From IMG/VR virus record IMGVR_UViG_3300012642_000011, positions 96,001-160,000 of that record: a DNA stretch of 64,000 nucleotides; one strand, written 5' to 3'. This document shows, piece after piece, positions 39,659 to 47,916 of this stretch. Source of the DNA: a virus. A model generated the notes under the pieces. That model did not search any database, had not been told where the DNA came from, and was given only the letters and a program-made list of their open reading frames with translations. The translations under genes and the position numbers were made by a program. The stretch's first letter is position 1. Each line of letters starts with the position of its first letter.

Positions 39659-40024
39659 ATGACCTATAGTTCAAGCGGAAAAATTTTACTTAATGTGAAT
39701 ACTATATCTGAAAGAGAAATTGAAGATCTTTTTTCTAATGGTGTATCAGAAAGAAGTTGTATAATAATTAGAATCAACAGAGCAAATATTATTATCGATA
39801 AAGTTCATGATAAGTTCAAGCAAGTAGCCTTATCTTTAAGCAAATCAGTTCAAGACAAAGACAAAGAAATTATTATAGATAATTCAAATCTTATGAGTGA
39901 ATTCACGGTTTTTGGTGGAGACGTAATAAGAGACACTGTTTCTTCTGAAGATAGATATCTTTTAGACTACATCAGAGAACAAGGATTTAAAAATTCCAGA
40001 ATTAAAGATATGGATGCAAGATAA
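39659..40024 (+). CDS. hypothetical protein downstream of the RM gene
   Basis: ATG with SD taggag. 121 aa. Confidence 0.4.
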   Translation: MTYSSSGKILLNVNTISEREIEDLFSNGVSERSCIIIRINRANIIIDKVHDKFKQVALSLSKSVQDKDKEIIIDNSNLMSEFTVFGGDVIRDTVSSEDRYLLDYIREQGFKNSRIKDMDAR

Positions 40025-40030
40025 TTATTG

Positions 40031-40106
40031 AGTCTCTAACCGGATTTGAATCGGCGACCTTTCCACTATGAGCGGAACACGTTCTAGCCAACTGAGTTAT
40101 GGAGGC
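40031..40106 (-). pseudogene. degenerate tRNA (CAT anticodon, Met/Ile2-like) on the minus strand
   Basis: Reverse complement reads gcctccata actc agttggctag ... ttccg-ctCATag-tggaa ... gattcaaatcc ... tagagac. Acceptor has two C·A mismatches and the D and T stems are degenerate. Confidence 0.4.
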
Positions 40107-40108
40107 AT

Positions 40109-40152
40109 CGCCCACCTGTGATCAAGTGGCACCACTTGATCACAGGTGGGCG
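40109..40152 (+). terminator. perfect 21-bp-stem palindrome (bidirectional terminator or protein-binding site)
   Basis: cgcccacctgtgatcaagtgg ca ccacttgatcacaggtgggcg followed by ctttcttg. Confidence 0.6.
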
Positions 40153-40591
40153 CTTTCTTGTCAAATTCTACCACTTATTAGATGAGATCAAAGATCTTCA
40201 TGAGTAAGATCAATATAATCGAGGTAATCAACTAAATAAAAAGGATGATTGGTCAGCATTGCGCCTTATCGGGAAGATTACTCCCTGCGCACGTGGGTGA
40301 GACTATCAAATAAAAATAGAATACCCACTTGTTAACAATGCGATTATCCTCAACAAATGAGTATTTGTTCTCACCCCACCCTCACCACTATCGTCAGGTG
40401 GGGGTTGTGCTGTCTCCACCCCCTCAACATTGTCGCCACATCAGCAATACAATACTATATAAGGAGTTGCCATATCAGGTATCCCTTGATATACTGATCA
40501 AGCAACTGAAGGATCTACAAACCCCTTAGTCATTATCGATTGACAAGAGGACATTGAAGATAATAGGTGAGAAGAAACCATAGGAGTTTTC

Positions 40592-40849
40592 ATGTTAGGA
40601 TTCAACATCACAGTTTCAGGGGATAGTGGCTCTGTCACCAGAAGTTCATCAGCACAGTGCAAGATTCCGTCATCATGGGTTACACCTGATCCCAGTGTTG
40701 TCACTGTCATCTCCAATGGTGGCTACCCCACCCAATTCAGAGATGTTTTCAGTGATACAAAGGAAGATCTGACTACTGTCTTCAAATCAGAACGTCTTCC
40801 TTTTGAGGAATCAGAAGTTGTCACTGTCACCCTGTGGGATCAATCCTGA
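40592..40849 (+). CDS. hypothetical protein
   Basis: SD aggag 5 nt upstream. 85 aa. Confidence 0.4.
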   Translation: MLGFNITVSGDSGSVTRSSSAQCKIPSSWVTPDPSVVTVISNGGYPTQFRDVFSDTKEDLTTVFKSERLPFEESEVVTVTLWDQS

Positions 40850-40937
40850 CTATGCTCTGATCTCTCCTCTCGTTTTAGATTTACTCCGACAGAATCTGAA
40901 TTTTTCTGATAATTAGCTAGAGCGAGAAGGAGAGACC

Positions 40938-41432
40938 ATGAAGATCACCAAGGACACATACCGCTACATCGAAGACCTAATCGCCGCTGAAGACATCGAG
41001 TGGGCATGGAAGAGCACACTGAAGACCCATGCCCACCATCAGGGGTTCATCAACATCACAGAATCTGCAGAGTTCAGTGAAGCCACTGTCTTCAATGAGG
41101 ACACCCTTGATGACCTTGGCTACAACGGTGTCGGTGTCCTCTATCAGTATGCCCTTTCCATCTCCAGCAATGCATCCAAGAAGGAGACAGGGGCCTTCTA
41201 CACCCCTGAGGACATCGCTGACATCATGGCAGCACGGGCTTCCAGTGGAATCCATGAGCAGGGAAGATGGACTTCACCTTTGTTGAGGTGGAATTCCTCA
41301 GAGCGTTCAGAACTTCTTGAACACATTGACACCACCCTCAGCATTGCTACCATGACATCAACAACCCAATGTCGCTTGAGACCAAGACCACATTGGAATT
41401 GGATCAAGTTGACTTGCAAGATGTCAACATGA
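40938..41432 (+). CDS. hypothetical protein
   Basis: SD gaaggag upstream. 164 aa. Confidence 0.45.
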   Translation: MKITKDTYRYIEDLIAAEDIEWAWKSTLKTHAHHQGFINITESAEFSEATVFNEDTLDDLGYNGVGVLYQYALSISSNASKKETGAFYTPEDIADIMAARASSGIHEQGRWTSPLLRWNSSERSELLEHIDTTLSIATMTSTTQCRLRPRPHWNWIKLTCKMST

Positions 41433-41476
41433 TATGCTATGATAGACAAGCAACAACAGAATAGAGAACTTCATAT

Positions 41477-41564
41477 GGATGGTTGTCCGAGCGGCCGAAG
41501 GATCTGGTCTTGAAAACCAGTGTGCAGTAACCCTGCACCGTGGGTTCAAATCCCACACCATCCG
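41477..41564 (+). tRNA. tRNA-Ser (TGA), class II, copy 2 (CCA encoded)
   Basis: Same acceptor ggatggt/accatcc and anticodon arm as copy 1. The variable arm sequence differs. Confidence 0.8.
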
Positions 41565-41743
41565 CCAGAGTGTTCATGTTTGATATACTCTAAAGAAGGC
41601 ACACGAAACGCTCTGTATCAAAAGATATAGTCGCCGTGGTGAGAAAAGTAGCGCTGCTAATCTCACTTCTATGAATTTATCCATAGAATGCAATTGTCCG
41701 TAAAAAGGCAATTTGATAGGTGTAAGATTTTACACCTATCCTC

Positions 41744-41815
41744 GCCTCTTTAGCTCAGCGGCAGAGCACCTGTCTTGTAAACAGGGGGTCGGGGTCTCGG
41801 AATCCCCAAGAGGCT
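41744..41815 (+). tRNA. tRNA-Thr (TGT) with aberrant T-loop (CTCGGAA)
   Basis: Acceptor gcctctt/aagaggc (perfect). Anticodon stem cctgt/acagg, loop ctTGTaa. T-arm ggggt-ctcggaa-tcccc (C54, G58). Confidence 0.55.
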
Positions 41816-41836
41816 CAACAACAATTTAATACACAC

Positions 41837-41908
41837 GCTTCTGTAGGTTAACGGTAAACCAGATGACTCTAAATCATTGACATGCGGGTTCGACTCCCGT
41901 CAGAAGCA
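41837..41908 (+). tRNA. tRNA with anticodon CTA (amber/UAG suppressor candidate)
   Basis: Acceptor gcttctg/cagaagc (perfect). D-arm ggtt-aacggta-aacc. Anticodon stem gatga/tcatt, loop ctCTAaa (U33, A37). T-arm gcggg-ttcgact-cccgt. Discriminator A. Confidence 0.65.
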
Positions 41909-42010
41909 CGAAGATAAAGTAAATCTCTTAAGTTGAGTTTACTCTTTCTTCTGTCTACTTGACAACACAAGAAGTATAGTGTACAATAGAAGACAACAAC
42001 AACAAAATAT

Positions 42011-42098
42011 GGAGATGTGGCTGAGCGGCCTAAAGCGGCACCCTGCTAAGGTGTTAGTCGGTAATCCCGGCTCGCAGGTTCAAATCCTGTCATCTCCG
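42011..42098 (+). tRNA. tRNA-Ser (GCT), class II
   Basis: Acceptor ggagatg/catctcc. Anticodon stem gcacc/ggtgt, loop ctGCTaa. Long variable arm. T-arm gcagg-ttcaaat-cctgt. Confidence 0.8.
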
Positions 42099-42139
42099 CG
42101 ATCATTGAAAGCACTGCTGGCAATGAGACAATTGAATAT

Positions 42140-42215
42140 AGGGGTGTAGCTCAGTTGGTCAGAGCGGTGGTCTCCAAAACCTCGTCAGTCGCAGGTTCGA
42201 ATCCTGTCACCCCTG
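42140..42215 (+). tRNA. tRNA-Trp (CCA)
   Basis: Trp-type acceptor aggggtg/cacccct plus G. Anticodon loop ctCCAaa. 7-nt variable region. Confidence 0.75.
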
Positions 42216-42231
42216 CTTATAACTTAATCAA

Positions 42232-42305
42232 GGCCCATTGGAGAAACTGGTTATCTCGCCACCCTCTCAAGGTGGAGGCTACGGGTTCGAGTCCCGTATG
42301 GGTCA
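42232..42305 (+). tRNA. tRNA-Glu (CTC), copy 2
   Basis: Acceptor ggcccat/atgggtc. D-arm gaga/tctc. Anticodon stem ccacc/ggtgg, loop ctCTCaa. T-arm acggg-ttcgagt-cccgt. Confidence 0.75.
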
Positions 42306-42691
42306 CAGGAGAGGCAGCGGTAATGATTCCGAGCGCATCAACATGATGAACAATCAAGCGGATGCGAAAAGGAATTATATCTCGTAGTCAAGACTCCACT
42401 AACCCCCGAAACGCTTTGGCGGGTAATTCAAAGCGACATGGGTATAAATTGTTGAATCCATGGACTAGCGGGCAATTCAACGTTGGCTTCCATAAGAAGT
42501 TTTGTCTGCATTACTGCCACCATGTTGGTATGTCATTGGGGGCACCTGACTTATGGCGAAAGGTGCCCGACAACTCAATATGTGATGTAAAGAGTGTTGA
42601 CAAGCATATGAAGATATACGATCATTACATTATATAAGGAATCAAGAGGATTGAAAGATTTCAATCTGATAGCATTCTTCACATAATTATG

Positions 42692-42765
42692 GTGACTATA
42701 GCTCAATTGGTTAGAGCGCCGGTTTGTGGTACCGGAGGTTGCGAGTTCGAGGCTCGTTAGTCACC
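42692..42765 (+). tRNA. tRNA-His (GTG), copy 2, canonical G-1:C73 and CCA encoded
   Basis: G at -1, acceptor gtgacta/tagtcac, discriminator C, then cca. Anticodon stem ccggt/accgg, loop ttGTGgt. Confidence 0.8.
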
Positions 42766-42771
42766 CCAACT

Positions 42772-42816
42772 AAAGAGATCAGGGATGTAATCCATCCCTG
42801 ATCTCTTTTCTTGTTT
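42772..42816 (+). terminator. strong rho-independent terminator
   Basis: aaagagatcagggatg taa tccatccctgatctcttt followed by ttcttgttt. Confidence 0.7.
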
Positions 42817-42949
42817 AGGCAATTTTATGTCAGCAAGAATCATGTTGACATTGCCTTCTTTCTCTCTGTCAGAGAGCAATATGCTATAATCACGAAGAGT
42901 GTAACACAACGGAGAATCATGGTTAGCAAGAAACGAAAGGTAACCCCTC

Positions 42950-43360
42950 ATGAGTGAAGTAGAACTCCATATAGGAAAACTTACTTTGTATCACGATGCA
43001 ATGGCATCATCCAAGACAATGGACGATGCTATCAAGGAGATCCTTGGAGAAACAGTGCATTCTGAAGATTATAATTCATGGTTAGAACGTTTCTACGAAG
43101 TAGAATATAATAAGCCCAACAGGGAGTATATCGTTGATGAGGCCAGAAGCCGAATCTATAAGACAGAAAATAAAGAAGTCTTCCTGCCAGTCAATAAGAG
43201 TTATAATATGAGCAGCAATGCAGATGGAACTATTGACTACGTTGCTTACTTCTACAACGGGGTAACTCATCTTGATGCGGAATTGCAGAACGGATTAAAA
43301 GAGATCAACGATCAAGAAATAAAAACATCTTTTGAAAAAGGAGAATTGTATTCAATATGA
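42950..43360 (+). CDS. hypothetical protein (tandem paralog A)
   Basis: 136 aa. Shares the ...TLDEAIxELLG...DGT(I/V)...FY(N/D)G(V/G)T(H/N)L pattern with the next ORF. Confidence 0.5.
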   Translation: MSEVELHIGKLTLYHDAMASSKTMDDAIKEILGETVHSEDYNSWLERFYEVEYNKPNREYIVDEARSRIYKTENKEVFLPVNKSYNMSSNADGTIDYVAYFYNGVTHLDAELQNGLKEINDQEIKTSFEKGELYSI

Positions 43361-43746
43361 GCGACATACAGACACATAATGCCAAGGTATCAGTATACTT
43401 TGACTCCAACACATCTGAAAAAACTTTAGATGAAGCAATTCAGGAACTCTTAGGAAAGAGCGAACTGCCTGATTACTGCCGTACATGGTCAGAGTATCTG
43501 GATTGGGAAGAATTTGAATTTGAAGATGGTGCGCAATGCCTTGTTGATAAAAACGAGGGGATCATCTACAAGATAAAAACAGAAAAACTAGAAATGGGTG
43601 ATGGCTTCGTCTTCATGAAAAGAAACGCTGATGGAACTGTCAACGTTCTAACTCAATTCTACGATGGTGGAACGAATCTTCAAGAAGTGGTCTCAGAAGG
43701 ACTTGCAGATCTTGGAAGTAAAGATGAGTATTTCAGTACTTTCTGA
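43357..43746 (+). CDS. hypothetical protein (tandem paralog B)
   Basis: 129 aa. ATGA overlap with paralog A. Confidence 0.5.
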   Translation: MSDIQTHNAKVSVYFDSNTSEKTLDEAIQELLGKSELPDYCRTWSEYLDWEEFEFEDGAQCLVDKNEGIIYKIKTEKLEMGDGFVFMKRNADGTVNVLTQFYDGGTNLQEVVSEGLADLGSKDEYFSTF

Positions 43747-44148
43747 ACACTTAATTGTGATCAAGGAAAAATACTAACGCATAAGATTGCAAAGGCACTT
43801 TCAAAGAGGATTCATATTTTAATCATATGCAAGTGTCAGTAGGGAAAGAAGTCTCATCATCTTCCCCTACACCTTACAGGAATAACTCAATGGTAGAGTG
43901 CTCAGAGTTCTGTCCACGAAGGTTCGATTCCTTCTGAAGCCAAGGTGGCATGGTTAACAGGTAACGTTCAAAAGAAGACTCATGAGAAGATGAAGGTTCA
44001 AATCCTTCTTCCTGTACACAACAAAGATCACATGATCATGCTTGAAGATCGCATAATAGTGACAATCAGCACATTGAGTAGACAAGAAGCAATAACTTTG
44101 ATATAGTAACCTATAGCAAGACCACAAAGGCATCTTCAGATTCCTTCT

Positions 44149-44222
44149 GGCCCTGTAGCGCAGTTGGTTAGCGCGCCGCCCTGTCACGGCGGAGGTCGCG
44201 GGTTCAAGTCCCGTCAGGGTCG
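44149..44222 (+). tRNA. tRNA-Asp (GTC), canonical copy
   Basis: Anticodon loop ctGTCac. gaggtcgcgggttcaagtcccgtc closely resembles the bacterial Asp scaffold. Discriminator G. Confidence 0.85.
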
Positions 44223-44347
44223 CAACTTTTATCGTAGACTCTCTTGAAAAACTGGATACGGTATATTCCTTGAAATCACGAAATCAATTCCACTGGACTA
44301 AAAACTTCCACGAATTGTAAAGATCATGAAAAGCAGAGGTCATAAGG

Positions 44348-45838
44348 ATGAATTTCTTAGAAGCACATCCAGAAGTTTCATCATCATGGTCTGAAAATAA
44401 TGCATTCTCTCCTGACTCAATCTCCAAAGCATCAAGGAAAAAAGTCATCATCATCTGTGATAAACATGGTGACTATGAAATCAGGGCAGATTCTTACCAC
44501 AATGGCAACAGATGCAAACAATGTGCAGCAGAAGTCAAAGCACAGAGCAAGATCACGAAAGCAATTGCTCAACATGGAAGCGGTCTAGAAAAGTACCCCT
44601 CGCTAAAAAAGTATGCAGTAAGAGATTTCCACGCTAAAGATGATCACAAGATACCATTCCGCTGTCCCGATTGCGCACACGAATGGACGCTATCGCCCTA
44701 TAGTCAAATGATTATCAACGGCTGCCCACAATGTGACCCACAGGCAAAGATAAGAATGAAGAATCACATTCCTACTATGAAGTCTTTGACACATGGAAAC
44801 ATAGCAGACCAGAAACCAGAGATAGTTGCACAATGGTCGCCAAAAAATGATCTAACAACAGAACAAGTCAGTTGCGGTTCTGGTTATCGCGCTACATGGA
44901 TATGTGAGATCAATCCGAACCATGAATGGGAATCCTTTGTTTACCAGAGAGCAGGAAAGAAGGAAACAGGATGCCCACAATGCAATATATCTGGAATAGA
45001 ATCAGAAATTGGTCAACTCCTATCCGATCACCATGTTGACTTCATTCGTTCCAATCGAAAAATTATTGCACCCTATGAACTGGACATATACATTCCAGAG
45101 AAAAATGTAGCCATAGAAGCCAATGGTGTCTATTGGCATACAGAAAAACAAGGAAAAGATAGGAACTATCACTACAACAAGTGGAAACAATGCCATGATC
45201 AAGGAATCCAACTGATCACCATCTGGGAAGATGACTGGATGATGAAAAAAGAACTCATTAAAAAGATGATTCTTCACAAGATTGGACTATCCCATCAGAA
45301 AAGTATCTACGCACGTACATGTTCAGTCAAAGATGTTCCCACTATAGAATCCAATAGATTCTTGAATACTTACCATATTCAAGGAGAAGCAAGAGGAAGT
45401 GTGAAGATTGGACTTCACCATGAAGGAGAACTGGTTGCTATCTCCGTATGGAAGAAACTTAAAGAAGATGAATGGGAATTATCTCGCTATGCAACAAGCA
45501 TGAACGTTGTTGGTGGAGCAAGCAAAGTCATCAAAGCATTCATTCGTCAACACTCGCCAAGCAAGATTGTCACATTCGCTGACCATGAAGTATCTGATGG
45601 TGGACTATATGAAAAATTAGGGTTCACTGCCGACAAGGAGATCAAGCCTGATTACAAGTATGTTATAGACAACAAAAGAATACACAAGTTTAATTATAGA
45701 TTGAAGAGGTTCAAGAGCGATCCCACACTCATCTACGAAGAAGGATTGAGTGAATCACAGTTGGCTCAACTGAATAACATTGATAGAGCATGGGATTGCG
45801 GTAAAACACGATATATTCTGCAGTTACCCTTGATTTGA
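44348..45838 (+). CDS. homing-endonuclease-like protein (paralog 2 of 4)
   Basis: Zinc-ribbon repeats (C..C ... C..C) plus ELDIYIPEKNVAIEANGVYWH...GIQLITIWEDDW and the shared C-terminal domain (IVTFADHEVSDGGLYEKLGF...HKFNYRLKRFK...WDCGKTRY). Confidence 0.7.
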   Translation: MNFLEAHPEVSSSWSENNAFSPDSISKASRKKVIIICDKHGDYEIRADSYHNGNRCKQCAAEVKAQSKITKAIAQHGSGLEKYPSLKKYAVRDFHAKDDHKIPFRCPDCAHEWTLSPYSQMIINGCPQCDPQAKIRMKNHIPTMKSLTHGNIADQKPEIVAQWSPKNDLTTEQVSCGSGYRATWICEINPNHEWESFVYQRAGKKETGCPQCNISGIESEIGQLLSDHHVDFIRSNRKIIAPYELDIYIPEKNVAIEANGVYWHTEKQGKDRNYHYNKWKQCHDQGIQLITIWEDDWMMKKELIKKMILHKIGLSHQKSIYARTCSVKDVPTIESNRFLNTYHIQGEARGSVKIGLHHEGELVAISVWKKLKEDEWELSRYATSMNVVGGASKVIKAFIRQHSPSKIVTFADHEVSDGGLYEKLGFTADKEIKPDYKYVIDNKRIHKFNYRLKRFKSDPTLIYEEGLSESQLAQLNNIDRAWDCGKTRYILQLPLI

Positions 45839-46132
45839 ACTCTGAGTTGACAAAACAACCACGATGCTATAAGATACGAGTATCGTTTCATATGAAGAAT
45901 ACAGACCAACTTCTACGAATAAGTGATTCAAGTCTCTTGTTAACTGAGTTGACATGGTAATCTTGATATGCTATGATAGTAACATCAACCAAGGGAAACC
46001 GAGGAAGATACAACAACTGAAGAAGTTCTAAGAAAACTTGGAAAACGAGTTGACATCGAGAACAAGATGTGTTAGAATAGATTCATCGCCTCAGGGCAAC
46101 AGATACTTGATAACAGAATAGTGGACAAACTT

Positions 46133-46206
46133 GCGGGTGTAGTGTTCAACGGTTAGCACATCAGTCTTCCAAACTGAGAGTAGGAGTTCGAATCTCCTTA
46201 TCCGCT
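46133..46206 (+). tRNA. tRNA-Gly (TCC), copy 1
   Basis: Acceptor gcgggtg/tatccgc. Anticodon stem tcagt/actga, loop ctTCCaa. T-arm aggag-ttcgaat-ctcct. Confidence 0.75.
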
Positions 46207-46323
46207 CAAGTCGAACAAAGACATGGTTTCATTGTGAACATGCTTTGGTAGACTCCAACTGTACGCTAGTGAAATAGTGTTACAGCGAACAATGACGATG
46301 ATTGCTTATCAGTCATTGACCAT

Positions 46324-46396
46324 GGGGGATTAGCTCAATGGGTAGAGCGTCTGCTTTGCAAGCAGAAGGTAAGGGGATCGTAGCCCCTATCCTCCA
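46324..46396 (+). tRNA. tRNA-Ala (TGC) with G3·U70; T-loop ATCGTAG
   Basis: Acceptor gggggat/atcctcc including the G3·U70 Ala identity pair. Anticodon stem tctgc/gcaga, loop ttTGCaa. T-arm agggg-atcgtag-cccct. Confidence 0.7.
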
Positions 46397-46663
46397 CGTA
46401 GGGCAGGTTTCCAGACCTGTAATTGTTTCCCGTCGTGACCAGTATTACTGGTCACGTAAGAAGATTCACTTTCCCTACACATAGTGTTTCTTCGCCGCGA
46501 TTTCTACATTGCTGGAACAGTGTGCGGTAGGAGTTTATAGTTGCAATCAGAACAAAGGAAATCAACTGTGAGCAACGCCAGACTTGTTTTCATGTGGTCT
46601 CTTCAGCAGTCACATGAGGACAAGATTAGCCCTCCGGTCTTCAGGGAAGTAAAGAGGGCATAT

Positions 46664-46737
46664 GCGGAAGTAACTCAGTTGGCTAGAGTTCCTGCCTTCC
46701 AAGCAGGCTGTCGCGGGTTCGAGTCCCGTCTTCCGCT
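46664..46737 (+). tRNA. tRNA-Gly (TCC), copy 2
   Basis: Acceptor gcggaag/cttccgc. Anticodon stem cctgc/gcagg, loop ctTCCaa. T-arm gcggg-ttcgagt-cccgt. Confidence 0.75.
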
Positions 46738-46963
46738 CTCAAGCCAAAGGCAACAGTATTGCCAATGGTAAGAATTGATGTCATGTTCACTCAATGTTGA
46801 AAACATTGGCAGTGGCATCTTGTTCACAGTAAAGTAAGGCTTAATAGTCTCCCCTGTGAACCAACGAACAATACAGTGGCAAGACTTTCTCACAATGTGA
46901 AGAATGTTTTCGCTATTATACAGTGGTCATCATGCTTACACAGTGTGTTGAGGTGATGACTAT

Positions 46964-47034
46964 GCGGATATAGTTTAATGGTAAAACTCGTCCTTGCCAT
47001 GGACGTAATGGGAGTTCGATTCTCCCTATCCGCT
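46964..47034 (+). tRNA. tRNA-Gly (GCC)
   Basis: Acceptor gcggata/tatccgc. D-arm gttt/aaac. Anticodon stem cgtcc/ggacg, loop ttGCCat. T-arm gggag-ttcgatt-ctccc. Confidence 0.8.
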
Positions 47035-47208
47035 CTGTGTTTTCACTGAAAGCATTGTCTTGAGGTGTTAACGCTCCATTTACGATCTGAGATTGCCCGG
47101 CCATGGAATCGGGATGAGTCTGCACAGCCAAAGAGGTAGATTAGGTGCCATTGCCTATCAGATCATGGACAATGGAAGTCATGCTGTGCGCACAGTATGG
47201 CGTTTTAA

Positions 47209-47283
47209 CAGGCGGTAGGGAAGTTTGGTCATCCCGCCTTCCTTGGGAGAAGGAGATCGGTGGTTCGAATCCACCTCGCTTGA
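47209..47283 (+). tRNA. tRNA-Pro (TGG), copy 1 (C1-G72)
   Basis: Acceptor caggcgg/tcgcttg. Anticodon stem ccttc/gaagg, loop ctTGGga. T-arm ggtgg-ttcgaat-ccacc. Confidence 0.7.
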
Positions 47284-47320
47284 CTGATTGCTTATTGATA
47301 CTCTCAATAAGTAATATTGA

Positions 47321-47369
47321 GGGGGCGGTTACGTAACCCTTAGAACTGGCTCGATACCAGTTGCCTCCA
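47321..47369 (+). ncRNA. tRNA-like minihelix A (acceptor stem plus T-arm only, 49 nt)
   Basis: gggggcg gt TTACGTAA cccttagaa ctgg-ctcgata-ccag tgcctcc a. Canonical acceptor pairing and T-arm, but no D or anticodon arms. Confidence 0.35.
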
Positions 47370-47472
47370 CTGTTGTCCACTATTCTGACAATGAAGATTC
47401 TTGAAGAAATTTGAGATGATGAGTTGACAATAAGTTATCAGTATGCTATGATGGTAACATCAATTGAATATG

Positions 47473-47519
47473 GGGGTAGTCACGTGACTCATGAATTGGT
47501 TCGATACCAGTTACCTCCA
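47473..47519 (+). ncRNA. tRNA-like minihelix B (paralog of A), about 25 nt downstream of a consensus promoter
   Basis: gggggta gt CACGTGAC tcatgaa ttgg-ttcgata-ccag tacctcc a. Confidence 0.35.
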
Positions 47520-47707
47520 CGATGAAAACTACGATTAGTATTCGCATTCTATAGTAGTGAGTAATTACTGAAAACTCAATATAGTTCGTGCCGAGTACTC
47601 TGACTCATAATCAGAGGAAGCCTACAGGGCCTGCTTAGGCAGGTACACTGAGCGCGTTATGCGTGGATTGAGGCAATGCGAAAAGAGAACATTGGGTTTT
47701 CTTTTAT

Positions 47708-47782
47708 CGGGATATAGGAAAGTTTGGCTAATCCGCCTGCTTTGGGAGCAGGAGACCGACAGTTCAAATCTGTCTATCCCGA
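47708..47782 (+). tRNA. tRNA-Pro (TGG), copy 2 (C1-G72)
   Basis: Acceptor cgggata/tatcccg. Anticodon stem cctgc/gcagg, loop ttTGGga. T-arm gacag-ttcaaat-ctgtc. Confidence 0.8.
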
Positions 47783-47791
47783 CAGTGTATG

Positions 47792-47830
47792 AAATAGACC
47801 AGTAAATTACTGGTCTATTTTTGTTTTTGA
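47792..47830 (+). terminator. strong terminator
   Basis: aaatagaccagtaaattactggtctattt followed by ttgtttttg. Confidence 0.7.
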
Positions 47831-47916
47831 TGGTCGTTTTTATCTTACTTCTCACCATACTTGTATACTTCTCCCAAATGGTGTGCTCTAAGCATAGATC
47901 TTGTTATCATATATGT

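Noticed and set aside
47821-47916. N-terminal 32 residues of the 614-aa track ORF
   Set aside because: They overlap the rho-independent terminator and lack homology to the other three paralogs. The start was moved to the ATG at 47917.
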